Part shown: positions 29,267 to 41,869 of the stretch, one piece after another | Numbering within the stretch: the stretch's first letter is position 1 | Layout: each line of letters opens with the position of its first letter | Source of the DNA: a virus | Lineage: Duplodnaviria > Caudoviricetes | IMG/VR virus record: IMGVR_UViG_3300007177_000042 | DNA length: 64,000 nt | Reading direction: 5' to 3' (one strand) | The notes under the pieces: model-generated | Seen by the model: only the letters and a program-made list of their open reading frames with translations | What the model was told of the DNA's origin: nothing | The model's database searches: none | Translations under genes and position numbers: made by a program

Positions 29267-30650
29267 AATCGATGTATGTTTTAGTTACTGGAAAGACTTC
29301 TGTAAAATCCGGATCGGTATATTCATAGGGCCATTCGTCTTGGCTTTCAGTTGCACCAGTTTGATAAGTGTCCATGAAATATTTTCCGTCAGACTTTCGT
29401 TTAACGACGATTTCGTGTACCACACTCCACCGTTTGTGTTCCACGATTTCGTTTTGGATTTCAACAAAGTCTTTGTTATCACCCCCGATAATATCTAGGG
29501 CTTGTTCTTTAGTTAACGTTAGTTTTTCTCTAGTTGGATTTGACATAAATTCTTGTTGATTTTAGATCTTCTAGGGTAAAGTGTCCAGCTTTTTCTTTCA
29601 AGTCACGCATCCAAGGACCAACATCGTCATGAAAATTGCTTGCTTCTGCGGCAGCTTCAATTGCCAGTAAAATAACATTTTCGTACCTTTTACCAAACTC
29701 AGCAAGTAACTGATCATACAATTGATCTTTTGTCGTGTATTTTTCTTTGTAGATAGACAAAGCACGAAGTTCTACTTCACAAAACTTTTCCAACGTTTTG
29801 TTCATGGTGATAATAGTCGAGAGCTTTCTGATGTTCTTCGGTGTCTATGACGACATCATTTGCATCTACATGTACATAAAACGTTTTGGGTGTGAATGGA
29901 AACGACTTGATATATCCTCGGCTTCTTCCATTGGTGAAGCTACATCCGGTTTCGTCAATCCACACAATAGCATCAATATAATAACATCCACCGTCTGTTT
30001 TAAAAACAGCACTGTTTCTATTATTTTGAAACAAAACTCCGTGTTGAGGTTGATTGTCGAGTATTTCATTCCATTCATCATCATTACCAGTCAATGGAGA
30101 TAATGTCTCATATCTTGCCAGTTTGTTGAAAAGACTTACCACGTAACCAGCGCTAAATCCGCTGTGACCTTGTTTGGCAAATGTTTCTATTAGTTCTAAT
30201 ATAGCCTTTTTTGCTGTATTATCATATTCATCTGTACCGTCATAACCAATGAGAGACAGTTCACGTTCAGCATGTTTTAATAAATTACTCATATGTTATT
30301 TGGGTTCTGGAATGTAACACCATCTTTCAGATTCATCAGATGCATCAATTACGAAATTATATTCTTCGTTGTCCGCAAAAAACCCACCTTTATGTTCTCT
30401 GACGCGTAGCATTTCAAGTCCTTGAGTAGAATCTGATTTATACCAATAGTATCCAGTTTTATTTGGTTTCTTTTTTGTCCACTTCATAGTTAATTTTGTT
30501 TTTATCGTTTAATAACTGTTTGAGACGTTTTTCTGCCAATTCAGACAATGGTACTGACTCTTTCAACTGAAGTAAAGCAGTAAGTTCATCGGTGATTGGA
30601 TTATTTAGTCGGCCTTCCAATGTTGGCCATTTTGGTGATATTTCACTCAT
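29259..30650 (-). CDS. run of hypothetical genes (29259-29546, 29530-29805, 29777-30292, 30296-30487, 30459-30650)
   Basis: ORF track; 29777-30292 resembles a common phage family (MSNL..HAEREL..GHSGFSA). Confidence 0.6.
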
Positions 30651-30804
30651 TATCTCAACCGTTTTCTGTTTTTTCTATTGTATCGACCACATACGGGACA
30701 TTTGCCTATTTCACCAACAATATTCCGGTCACATTTACACCAAAACTTGTGTTTTGTGGTTTTTTGAACCTTTTGTCTGTTCGTCGGTTGATAGTCAATT
30801 TCTA

Positions 30805-31323
30805 TCATGTCAAACCTTCCAATCGTGTTATCTGTCTACGCAAATTAGCAATTTCTTGCAACAACATTGTTCGTTCTTTCGCCCAGTCATATTCACTGCT
30901 ATGACGCAATGCCCATTTTGGTTCTTGGGTATCTCTATGTCCATAGTTGCCGCATAATACCCATTCGATATTGTTGTCATCCAACTGTTTTTGTGTTGCA
31001 CCGATGGGTTTATTCATATTTTTTTCAAAAGGCAATGTTCGACTTTCTCTATCCGGAAATCTGTTTCGTAAAGATTCGTCAACTTTTTTCATAATCCATG
31101 GTTCTATTTGTGCCCCGCTAGAACATTTACTACATCTACAACTTATCATATGGACACACGGCTGTCCGTTATATTTGTTTGTTCCTGTTCCATTACACTC
31201 TAAACACGAATCGTGTAAACATCGATTTTCCTTTTCTGCCATACTATACAAATATTCGTCTATAGATTTTTTTAAACTGCTTACTACCCACGGTTTAACA
31301 ATCGGTCGTGTGTTCGCTTTCAT
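30805..31323 (-). CDS. hypothetical protein with Cys cluster and C-terminal module paralogous to 38567-38776
   Basis: KPIGATQKQLDDN.IEWVLCG...KWALRHS.EY.WAKERTMLLQEIANL is shared. Confidence 0.65.
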   Translation of the reverse strand: MKANTRPIVKPWVVSSLKKSIDEYLYSMAEKENRCLHDSCLECNGTGTNKYNGQPCVHMISCRCSKCSSGAQIEPWIMKKVDESLRNRFPDRESRTLPFEKNMNKPIGATQKQLDDNNIEWVLCGNYGHRDTQEPKWALRHSSEYDWAKERTMLLQEIANLRRQITRLEGLT

Positions 31324-31991
31324 ATCAAGTTTAGATAAAAACGTATAAAATCACTTAGCCTGCAAATTTCCTCTGTTGAAAGTGGCAACTCTACCCCCGA
31401 TTTTTTTGTCCAGTTTGGATACGAATATCCGGAGATTTGTCCTTTAAAATATAATTCTCCATCGGATCCTAATCCCCAATACCATTTGGGCCATTTATAA
31501 ATATTTCTGGTTTCTTCATCGACCTGAGAATGATCATTTTGATATTTATCGTCTTTTAGTTTCTTAATTATAGTTATATTTTTATTCATTGAGGTAACGT
31601 TTTCTTATAGTTGTATTTGATATGTACTTTGACACTAAACGCAATTAGTCCTAATGTCAATCTAATATCAGTATAGGTGTGATTTGACGCAAAAGCATCA
31701 GCGTCGTAAATACTACATGGAAAGTCTAATCGAAATCCAAAAAACAATCCTCCAGCTTTTCTACAATGCCATTCTGGATATACTGATAGATACTTAGTTT
31801 TCATTTTTTCCGGTTTTTACTATTTGATGATATACAGTATGGGTTACGCTATATGGATCACCATCCCACATCTTTTGTTCTACAACTGTTTCAATTTTTG
31901 GTTCTCCAAATAATTGCCATCCATCAGTTAAATGATTATTTACCGCCTCTGTAAATTTGATGGGATCGTATTGCTTAATTACTTTGATCTT

Positions 31992-34900
31992 CATATCAAT
32001 CCTTCTTATCTGTTATTAAAGGTGTAGTATACAATGGAATATACGGTGTGTAAACAGCAATGTTACCAACTATCATATAATCTTTTTCAGTGGTGCCTTC
32101 TATTGGAAAATTATCCTTTTTGATTTCACTCGCAAGTATTCTGCTGTTTTCCAACATCTCATTTAATGTATATCCTTTTTCAGTCATATCAATCTTTTTG
32201 TTTGTCGGATCTTCTACCATCTATTACATATCGAAATGAAATAATACTTGGTTTTGTATACACGTCTTTGATCACAAATCTGTTGGAATTATATATTAAA
32301 TCCAATCCAGAAATAAATGGATCGCCGTCAAATATATCAAACCGAATGTTGTTATTCTTTCTTGTGATATAACGATTGTATCTAGCGATATTGGTTCTAT
32401 GAATATCAAGAAAATCATTTAGATGATCATATTTTCGGATAAAATCTGGATCAAGTGTATTATAAACCTCAACACATTGTTCATATTGTTGTTCAAAAAA
32501 CACACTGTTTAGTTCATTTTCTTGTGCATAATGTCCACCGTTATTTTTGCACCAGACAGTCAATTCTTCATTTGTGAACAAACTCGTAGCACTTCTACAT
32601 GAAGTATTGGGTATTATCATCTCATTAATATGATTTTAATTTTCCATTTTTGTCAATATGATAATGTTCTTTTATTTTTGGTATTTTGTTTAGTTCTTGA
32701 ATATCAGAGTCGCTGCCTCTGATATATCCTATATCTAGATTTAGTTGAACATGCTTTTCAGTTCCATACGTCTGCATATTAAACCCCATAATAATATCAC
32801 TTCCTCGCAATTCCATCTTTCTTTGTTTTAGAAATGCGTCAAGTTCTTTGATTTTTTTTAGTTGTGTTTTGGTCATATTAATTCTCTTCATTTATACTAT
32901 TTAATTCGGCTAAACATTGTTCCAAACAAATTCTTCTACGTCTCCATTCTTCACATGATAACCCTCCGTGATAACCCTCCCCAATATATTCTCCGGAACT
33001 CGCATGAATTAATTGTTCCGTAAGATACTCAGTTAACACTTCTTTATCCATTCTAAGTTTATATTTTTTTGCCGCTCGTATGAGTTTCAAATCATAGTCC
33101 GGACCCTCAAACAATTCTCTATATTGTTCTTCTGTAAAATTATTTAATATGATTGCTTTATTATATTCCAAGTCCGTCATACAACTATCACAATACCATC
33201 GTGTTTTAACTGACTTGTTAAAATCTACAAAATGATCAATCTCTCCGGTGGGTTTATTGCACGCAGGACATACTATATGTGTTTTTGTGGTCATATACCG
33301 TTTCCATTTTGATTATGATCTGTGTGTAGTTTTCTTACTCCATACCAGTCTATGGTTTTACCATTTTCTACATGCCATCCCCATCCCAACTCATAAGTCA
33401 TTCCATTTTTACTGATAGTAGTGGAAAATTCGTGGGGTCCGCAAAAATTTGAAATTACAAAACTTTCTTCTCTTATGATAGAGGCGTTTTTGAACCACTC
33501 ATAATATTCTTCCCGTGGTATTTCTTTATACCCACCGTATATCATATAATTTACTATTGACATATCAATTTTCATTAATTACTGTAATTTCTATTGGTGA
33601 TTTACATACGCGGCATCCACCTTTTGGTTTGCCATACAATGTATATGCATAAAAAGAAAATGTCGTTCCATAATTAACAACATCACACTCTGGATTGCTG
33701 CACTTGTATTCAATCACATTATTAATATTTGAACTATCATAACCTTTTAATTTCAACTCATTTAATTTATCTTCATAAGTCATATCAAGCCTTTTCTGAA
33801 AACTCTAATGTCATTTTATCTGCTACAATCTTACCCAACATTTTTTTTACTTGGTTTTTAGCATTTTTCAAATTGTAATCGGATACAATAATTTGCATTC
33901 GTTTGTTTATACCTCGTTCAAAATTGTCTAATTCAAAACAATAGTTCTTTAAAATCTTGCGGCTCATATCATTTTGTTTTTGATTATTGGTATATAATGG
34001 GCGTATACCATATTTTGTTCAATTTCAGTCGCCCATTTGAAATTCAATTTTCTGGCTTGTGGAACAAGAGTCGTAGAAATTATTAAATCTCCATCTTTTG
34101 TCTTTGTAAACTTCTTGTTTTTGACATATTGTTTACGCTGCTCAAACGGCAACATCCTAATAGGAGTGCAAACTGTGCAATATTCACTGCTATACCACTC
34201 TTTGGGTATACGTTCATCACAAATCTCCCACAATTTATCTGATTTTGGAATACAACGAACCATAATATCAGTCTGTCCAGTTCGTTTCATCCACTCTTTT
34301 AGATTCTCATATCCAAAGTTTACAACACGATGTCTACTACCATCGGTATCAATCAAATCAAAACAATTGCCACCGTCGATTGGATAACTGTCAGCAACAT
34401 AACCTACCAGTGTAGATCCTCCAATTTTTATGGGTATTGTTTTCATATTAATCCTCTTTTTTCAAATTGGTTTCAAATATCCAACCGTTTCGCCAAATAT
34501 GGAACTCATGTGAAAATCCTTTCCACGGATTATCATCAATGGATATTCCTTTTAATGCAGCATCTCGTCCATGCTCAATTATTCTATTACCAATTTGTTT
34601 AAGTCTATATTCTAGTTCTTCTTTACGGGTCATATCAATCTTTTTTGTATGGATGTGGTTCTCCTTTATTATCCACTAAAATTAGTCCGCTTGGATATTT
34701 TTTATTTTGACTCAAAAAACTACCAGTTTTTGATATACGATATTCAGGATTTGGATGCCAGTCAGCATATACTATTGTCAAGTTATTAGCTTTACCATAG
34801 GCATCGATTTCATCATGAGATGATTTATCTAAATTGATAGCCTTGATAGCCACACAACAATCACCAACGTTTATTAGTTTTTCATTCATATCAATTTTTT

Positions 34901-36849
34901 CTGTTGTCCTTCAATGAGAATTGGCTTCATCGGACCAGACGGTTCATTGGGCGGAAATATGTGCTTCCATTTTTCAGAAATAGTAGTTAGTTGTTGGTGT
35001 GAATTGTTCATGGTCCAATTTTCAATCAACTCGTCCTCACACAATACTTTGCCATCCTTTTTCCAATATGAATAATAAGTTCCTATTTGTGCAATTTCTT
35101 TGTCTATAGGCACCAATGACCATCCATCATTCATAGCATCCGCAAATGTTTTGTATTTCATATCAATCCTTCTACCACTGAAACTTGGATGTACGAATCT
35201 ATTGCTTTTAATACGTTTTGAACTTCGGTGGCTTTTTGCACTGCTGTTTCTATATTGAGATATTTATCTTTCAGTGTTACGTTTTCATAAAAGCCTATTT
35301 TTCCGGTTGGTTTGCTAATCTGAATAGCATAATTACACATATCATCATCTATTGCATTTTGATTTTTCCACGACGTGTTTATATTTTGTATTTTCATATC
35401 AATCCTTCTTTTTGTATACAGGTTCCCATTTTGGCAAATTTAATCCATCGGTTGTTCGTAGTTTACCAAGACACCACCAACTGGTTCCATTATTATACTC
35501 AGCCATCAACATTGGCGGGCTATATTTGTCTATTGATAGTGAATATTGGTAAAATTTGTCAGCATCAGTGTCTTTTTTATATCTAGCAACATATTCACAT
35601 TGCAACAATTCATCAGTGGTATTGAAATTCAATGTAAAATATTCATCTGAATCATACCAGTTAGGATGACGTTCAATAAATCTGTTTTTGAATCCTTTAT
35701 CAACATCATATTCAATACATTGTATAGAATGAGGCGCATCATTTCTACAACCACAAGGATGATGCGTTGATTTATATGTTCTATTACGCTCTTTTTGTTC
35801 GTGCTTTTCTTTTTCTTTTCGTTCTTTGTTGTTTTTTATTGCGGTCAAATAGAAATCCGCCGTATCTGGTTGTGTCATATCAATTATTTTAGTTTGAATA
35901 ACTGTAGGAAAAGATCCCACGAAGTCATTTCTTTAGGATATTCACTTTTTTCTTTTTTTATTCTCTCTAAGTATTTAATACGGCTTGGAGATGGAAACTT
36001 GCCAGTTCCTTCACAACTACAACATTTGCGTGGTTCATTCCCATATGTCATATAATATCCATTGCCGTCACATTGTCTACATATTATATCACCGGTAACT
36101 ATTCTATGTTGTTCCCAATCTTCATAACACTTGAATGAGTGAGAATACACTGTTGGTCGTCCCCTTTGCAATAATCGTTCACATCTATCACAATATCTAT
36201 CATATTCCGCTGTTGTTCCACTAAAATCTCCATAGGTTGAACACATACCTAATGTATGATCATAAGATTGAGCGTTGCACCGTCTACATACCATATATGC
36301 ACACCTAGAACACGTCTTAAAATAATGTCCTTGATCGTCAATGCAATCTGGTAGTTTAGAATCATTCATATCAATCCTCGGAAGTTATAAAGTCTATTTT
36401 TGATGAATATTCTTTCAAGAAGAGTTGTTCATCATTAATATCAGTGAATATAAAATAATCCCAAGGAAAATCTTCTGAAGTGCATTTGTATGATTTTCCA
36501 TTTAGAAATCTACCATAAAAATCATCATAGTCTTTTCCTCTTCCACGACATCCATAGTGGCGTTCACCATTCTTTATAAATGCCACAAATCCAAGCACAT
36601 TGTAATCTTCATTCATATCAATCCTTATTTGACATCAATATTGTATTTTTCTTTGATTAGTTGTCGGAAATCTGGTGTCTCCCAATGATCAAAATGTTCT
36701 TCGCCAGTATCTTTATCTATTTTGGTAACAAAACTGCGTTCTGACTCAGTATCATATCTAACAATATGAGTGACTCCCACAGTTTCTTTGTTCCATTTTC
36801 TTTGATGTTCAGTCGTGACGATGGTTGGTTTTTTCATATCAATCCTTCT
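31992..36849 (-). repeat. dispersed junction repeat AGAAGGATTGATATG (exact at 31992, 35159, 35395, 36835; 11-13-bp partial at 36367, 36614)
   Basis: plus-strand CATATCAATCCTTCT read directly. Confidence 0.9.
32189..32620 (-). CDS. hypothetical protein, paralog of 37457-38023
   Basis: FTNEELT.WC..NGGHYAQ.NEL and F.IKD.Y are shared. Confidence 0.65.
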   Translation of the reverse strand: MIIPNTSCRSATSLFTNEELTVWCKNNGGHYAQENELNSVFFEQQYEQCVEVYNTLDPDFIRKYDHLNDFLDIHRTNIARYNRYITRKNNNIRFDIFDGDPFISGLDLIYNSNRFVIKDVYTKPSIISFRYVIDGRRSDKQKD

Positions 36850-37026
36850 GTTTATTGGAAGCTTCCTTTATACATCGTTCAACCAAATCGGCAATATCTC
36901 TCAATACTTGAATTGAGAATGTGCCATCCAATTGAACCTTGTCATCATGACTATACCATGCTGATCCCCAACCTTTTCCATCTTTAATGATTTTTTCTAT
37001 ATCAGATGTTATACTATTCATAGTAG

Positions 37027-37460
37027 TCAACAACGTATCATTCCATGTTTCAACATAAACTCTGCCAATTGCCAAAATCCATACAACACAGTGGGATCTT
37101 TGTCAACTTCCTCGTAAAACAGAATAGCTGGATGTCCTCCCTTGTAGTATCGTTTGAAATCCGGATTCTCCGGATAAATCAATGCAACACTGTATCCCTC
37201 ATACTTGCACAAACGCTCAATCAAATCAAGCTCTTGCAAATGAGGGCCTACTGCATATGTAACGTAAATTATATTCATGGGTTAAAAAACAGATGACGAT
37301 ATCTCTTTGGTACAACGGTAAATACTATTCGTATATAAGTTGCAACAAAAAACCATAAAAAATCATCAAAATATTCTAGTAAAATTCGTTTAGATCGAGA
37401 AGGTAATCCCAACTTTTTTGCACTTTGTTTTGCTATACGTAGAATGTCTCGTTCGTTCAT
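37027..37460 (-). CDS. two small hypothetical genes (37027-37278, 37275-37460)
   Basis: ORF track. Confidence 0.5.
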
Positions 37461-38023
37461 ACAGATTTGAATCCTGTAAAATTGAGTGTTCGTTCATCCA
37501 GTTCTTCAAATGTTGGAACAATGTATTTGTGTGATTTGATATCAAAAATCGGAGAACCAAATCCATGCGATTTACCGTTGGGATATTCTCTGGTTGACGC
37601 AATCAAAGGCATCATTTTGGTATTTTCAATCACATAATCTGGATAATAGATGTCTTTGATGATGAATCTATAACTGCCATACTTGTGGCTATAAAATACC
37701 AACCACCGATTGAGTGCTTCGTATTTATCACATTCTGTTGGAATATGAAAAATCAAATGTCTAAATGACTTATATGGATCTTTATACGCATTTGGACTTT
37801 TTGGGTCATATTCCCTATCACTTGTCTGATAATAAGCATATACCAATTCATTGTCTTGAGCGTAGTGACCACCATTCTTTTCACACCACTCAGTTAATTC
37901 TTCATTTGTAAAGACGCTTTTTGGACTTCTATAAGTCTTGGTAAGTTGAGTTGATATTGCACCAAGCACTGTCACTGATGGCAATGCACGTGCGGTTGAT
38001 GTAATAAATTTTCGGCGGTTCAT
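37457..38023 (-). CDS. protein with putative twin-arginine (Tat) signal
   Basis: MNRRKFITS followed by a hydrophobic stretch. Confidence 0.55.
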   Translation of the reverse strand: MNRRKFITSTARALPSVTVLGAISTQLTKTYRSPKSVFTNEELTEWCEKNGGHYAQDNELVYAYYQTSDREYDPKSPNAYKDPYKSFRHLIFHIPTECDKYEALNRWLVFYSHKYGSYRFIIKDIYYPDYVIENTKMMPLIASTREYPNGKSHGFGSPIFDIKSHKYIVPTFEELDERTLNFTGFKSV

Positions 38024-38024
38024 A

Positions 38025-39095
38025 TTATTTATTTTCTTTTTTATTTAGTGCTTCATATAATTCTTTATCTACAATGATACTACAACAACCATCGTCTTCA
38101 AGATATTCATGTGCCAATTGATTGACGGCGATATAATCTGTATCAATATCTGAATCGTGAATATGTCTAAACGCATCTCTTAGTTCTTTTTCATCGGCTT
38201 TGGTTGGCACAACAATCTTGTATTTTGTCCATTTGATTTTGGTCCAGTCAAAATCAGGATCAGGAGATTTACATTCTTTTGGGTATTTTCTCATATTATT
38301 TTACAGTATATTTATCAATTAAAACATCTTCCATATGTTTTCTTCGAACACCATCAATGATATGAACATATACATTTTTAAAAACAAAATTTGATGCATC
38401 TGGTTGTTCGAGATAAAACACCATGCCTTGTTTTTCCAACCCAATAGTGTCCAGTTGTGTTTGTATGTCAAAACTATCTCTGTGACTATATGTTGGTTTG
38501 GATGTTATATGTTGTAGAATTTCTTCGCTTGTACCTTTTATTAGTTCGTGTGTGGTTATCATATATTTAATTTTGTAGACTTTTATTGATTCGTTTCAAA
38601 TTAGCAATTTCTTGCAACAACATTGTTCGTTCCTTAGCCCATTCATATTCAGTGCTGTGACGTAATGCCCATTTCTCTGGACCTTTATTCATACCAATAT
38701 TGTAACTTCCGCACAATACCCACTCAATATCGTTGTCGTCAAGTTGTTTTTGTGTTGCTCCAATAGGTTTGGTCATATCATCGATAGAATTTACTACGAT
38801 CATACTCTGTGTTTACCCACTTGTCAAACACACCTTTCCAAGCATCATAAACCAACCGCTTACGTGAATACTTCAATTCTTCTTCACAATACATCTTGAA
38901 CGCATCCCACGTATGACTACACCAACCATCGCCATATAAACTATAACAAAATTCTTTGAGAGTGATTTCTTTCTTATATTGAATTTTGTCTTTCAAAACA
39001 TCAATCCAACGCAATGTATCACCCCAACCATCTTGCATCGATTCAGCTTCAGCATAATACGATTCGTCTTTGATGTAACTTGTCTTTGTATTCAT
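38025..39095 (-). CDS. four small hypothetical genes (38025-38294, 38296-38562, 38567-38776, 38778-39095)
   Basis: ORF track with corrected starts. Confidence 0.6.
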
Positions 39096-39099
39096 ATTG

Positions 39100-39675
39100 T
39101 TATATATCCCCAAACGTATTTTTATACACTTCTGCAATTGCTGCTAAACCAGCGTCGGTCAAATCTCTCGTTCCAATACCAGCAAAATTCTTGGTTAACT
39201 TCGGAATCTCACCACGCATGCCTTCAAATCCCACAACCGGCTTATATCTACACCAATATCCTCCAGTAAAGCACGATGCATCGGGAACCCACACATATAC
39301 CGGTTTGTCACAATCAATTGCCATTTGAACGGCCCAACCAGTTCCTCCTTCAACAATTGTATTGGTCAAAAAACTTTTGGCAATTGCAAAAATTGCCTCA
39401 CTGTTCTTGACTTGAAACCAGTTTCGTGCCAATAGATTTTTGATGTATGGATATTGAATTGTATCAAAAGGTCTGCCGATGGATCTACTAGCAATTCTTG
39501 CAGCAGAATATCCTTCTTGAAGTTCTTCAGAGGTCAAGATCTTTTGGTTTCGACCGTGCTGTCGATGATTGTAAAAACTATATGCAATGGTTTTGACATT
39601 ATAGTGATACCCAATTTCCTCCCAACCCATGTCAGCACCTTCACATCCACCACTATGACAAATATAGTCGTTCAT
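39100..39675 (-). CDS. SLOG-superfamily (DprA/YpsA-like) protein
   Basis: HSGGCEGAD..W, GGTGWAV..A, AGIGTR. Confidence 0.65.
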   Translation of the reverse strand: MNDYICHSGGCEGADMGWEEIGYHYNVKTIAYSFYNHRQHGRNQKILTSEELQEGYSAARIASRSIGRPFDTIQYPYIKNLLARNWFQVKNSEAIFAIAKSFLTNTIVEGGTGWAVQMAIDCDKPVYVWVPDASCFTGGYWCRYKPVVGFEGMRGEIPKLTKNFAGIGTRDLTDAGLAAIAEVYKNTFGDI

Positions 39676-39678
39676 ATG

Positions 39679-40074
39679 TTACAAAGAACGATCACCCAAT
39701 ACCTCTGTATCTTCAACATCGGGAGCTTTTGCCATCCTAATCAATTCTTCCAATATTTCAACGTATTCCTTTGTACTAGTTGGTTCTTTTGATACAGTAA
39801 AAAACCATCCATGTTTTGATCCTACAGGTCCTACGTGCATTCTACATCCAACAAGGGGATTACCATCTTCGTGGGTCAATTCATTTATATCTTCTATTTG
39901 CGTTTCTTTCATATTGATCCTTTTTTGCAAATCATTATATAGTGTTTCCAACAATGTCAACTTTGCCTTTAACTCTATATTTTCCTTTTTTATCGATTCA
40001 ATCTCATCTTTTTTACTTTTTTCGCTTGATAAAAAACCAGGATTCATCAACGAATTATAATAGTCTTTAGTCAT
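39679..40074 (-). CDS. hypothetical protein with coiled coil
   Basis: ORF track. Confidence 0.55.
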   Translation of the reverse strand: MTKDYYNSLMNPGFLSSEKSKKDEIESIKKENIELKAKLTLLETLYNDLQKRINMKETQIEDINELTHEDGNPLVGCRMHVGPVGSKHGWFFTVSKEPTSTKEYVEILEELIRMAKAPDVEDTEVLGDRSL

Positions 40075-40634
40075 ACTTTCTTTACAAAATCACATTTGTC
40101 TGCGTCATTCATTCTAGCACTAATACCATCACACAAATGCAACAACCATGCTGCCTTCGTCTTTGGCATCACAGGACTACCCCATTCACGATGTCCATGG
40201 TGGGACAAAATGTTGTGTGTGACACTATCCGCATAATTACCATACTTAAGCCGGCGAAATGTACACGCACTATTCCAAACCAATGCACTACGACTGATGT
40301 GATGAATCAATCGTTTGTGTTCGGTGCTACGCCAAGAATTCATAATCGAATCAACTGGTTCATAATCCCACATCTTACCACAATCATGAAACAATGCACT
40401 CAAATACAACTCTACCTGATCGATATTTAGTTGCAACAGACTACAATTGGTAATACACAACTCAACCACTTCATGCGTATGTCTAAGTAGACCACCCTTA
40501 CCATAGTGGTGTTGTTCAGGTTTGCTAGACCCACTCCACAATTCAAAACGTGGATCTGCAATAACTACTGATGCAATATCGTATACGCCAAGAATTTCTG
40601 CACGTTCAATCAACTTTTCTTTTTCGTAGTTCAT
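40071..40634 (-). CDS. HD-domain phosphohydrolase (YhaM-like)
   Basis: HHYGKGGLLRHT, LFHDCGK, HH, SHHG, LHLCD..SA. Confidence 0.88.
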   Translation of the reverse strand: MNYEKEKLIERAEILGVYDIASVVIADPRFELWSGSSKPEQHHYGKGGLLRHTHEVVELCITNCSLLQLNIDQVELYLSALFHDCGKMWDYEPVDSIMNSWRSTEHKRLIHHISRSALVWNSACTFRRLKYGNYADSVTHNILSHHGHREWGSPVMPKTKAAWLLHLCDGISARMNDADKCDFVKKV

Positions 40635-40637
40635 AGT

Positions 40638-41865
40638 TTACCAAGAAATATTCAAATAGTCCCAACTGTCGCAGTCTCGATGATCATATCCATTTTTTCG
40701 TTTAACTTGATATCCATCTTTACGAAGTTGTTCCATTACAGATGTAATAATTACACTGTTTGGAGATTTAACTGATACCGTAGAAAGTCCCAGACTCGCT
40801 TGTTTACTGATATGTTCATATACATTTTTCAAATATATACTCAACGATGAATTACATGCTTTTTCACTCAAAGTACGTGCTTCAGATGCTTTCATAAATT
40901 TTATCGGTTGTGATGATTTGTAGGTTTGACCTGATCACTAACCCATTCGATGATGAATACTCGGGGAGCCACCTTGACCTTGACCATTTGTTCAACGTTG
41001 GGAATCAATCCCACAAACATCACCACTACAAATAAAATTACACCAAAAAGTATGCCAACCATCGATCCACCCCCGCTTTCTTCAAGCCAATTAATACATT
41101 TCTTGATGCAATATCCCAACACAATCAATCCGATCACACTAATAACAGTCCAAATGGTGGCTTGTGCAAATTTCCATGTCAAAAACTCTTGCACAACCAA
41201 CGGAGCTTGCTCTTGAGCAAAATCCACTGCCTTGATGATGCCAGTTTTGCTGGCACCATAGATTTCACTACCTGCGTCCTTGGCACCCTTGAGGATGTCA
41301 ACAAGTACACTGTTGATGGTTTCTTGTGGAATATTGTTTGTAACGGAATTATTCATATTTGTTTATTTGTTGTTTCTACGATTTACTCATACCGTTTACA
41401 TATGGTATCACGGTTAGTAACCAATGTCAACGTTTTACCATAAAACAATCAATGCCAACATCAATCCAGAAATCAACATCCAGAACCACCGTGGAAATTC
41501 AAGTGAAAAGTTTACCGAAAACTTCACGTCCTGATTGATCCATTTCTTTTTGTTTTGATCGACAGCGTTGTCTTTTTCGTTCATAGTGGATTTTTGTTTA
41601 TTTGGAAAAAATTTGTAGATTTGTTTTCCCTTATTGAATATTGTTCTCATACAACATCACTGAGTAGACATAGAAATCACAACGTGGTTTCGTCACGATA
41701 AATTCTGTTTAACTTTGCAGTAATTTCTTGTAGTTTGCGGAACCACTCCAGTTGTTTGGTCTTGGTAGCGGGTCCATCATAATAAGAATGTTGGGCAATA
41801 GCGGTTTCCAACTCCGTCAAATTGCCCACAATCTCATTGATTTTCTTGACGTTCTTTTGTTTCAT
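40638..41865 (-). CDS. small hypothetical and membrane genes (40638-40895, 40901-41356, 41435-41650, 41677-41865)
   Basis: ORF track; TM segments in 40901-41356. Confidence 0.55.
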
Positions 41866-41869
41866 CGAT

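Larger units (their letters stand above)
31320..37075 (-). other. AT-rich array of about 20 small hypothetical genes joined by TTGATATG/TTAATATG junctions
   Basis: ORF track plus junction motif read at 15 gene boundaries. Confidence 0.75.

Noticed and set aside
31992-36849. CRISPR or TIGR-type array from the junction repeats
   Set aside because: Repeats are 15 bp or shorter and are separated by hundreds of bases of coding sequence; no cas genes
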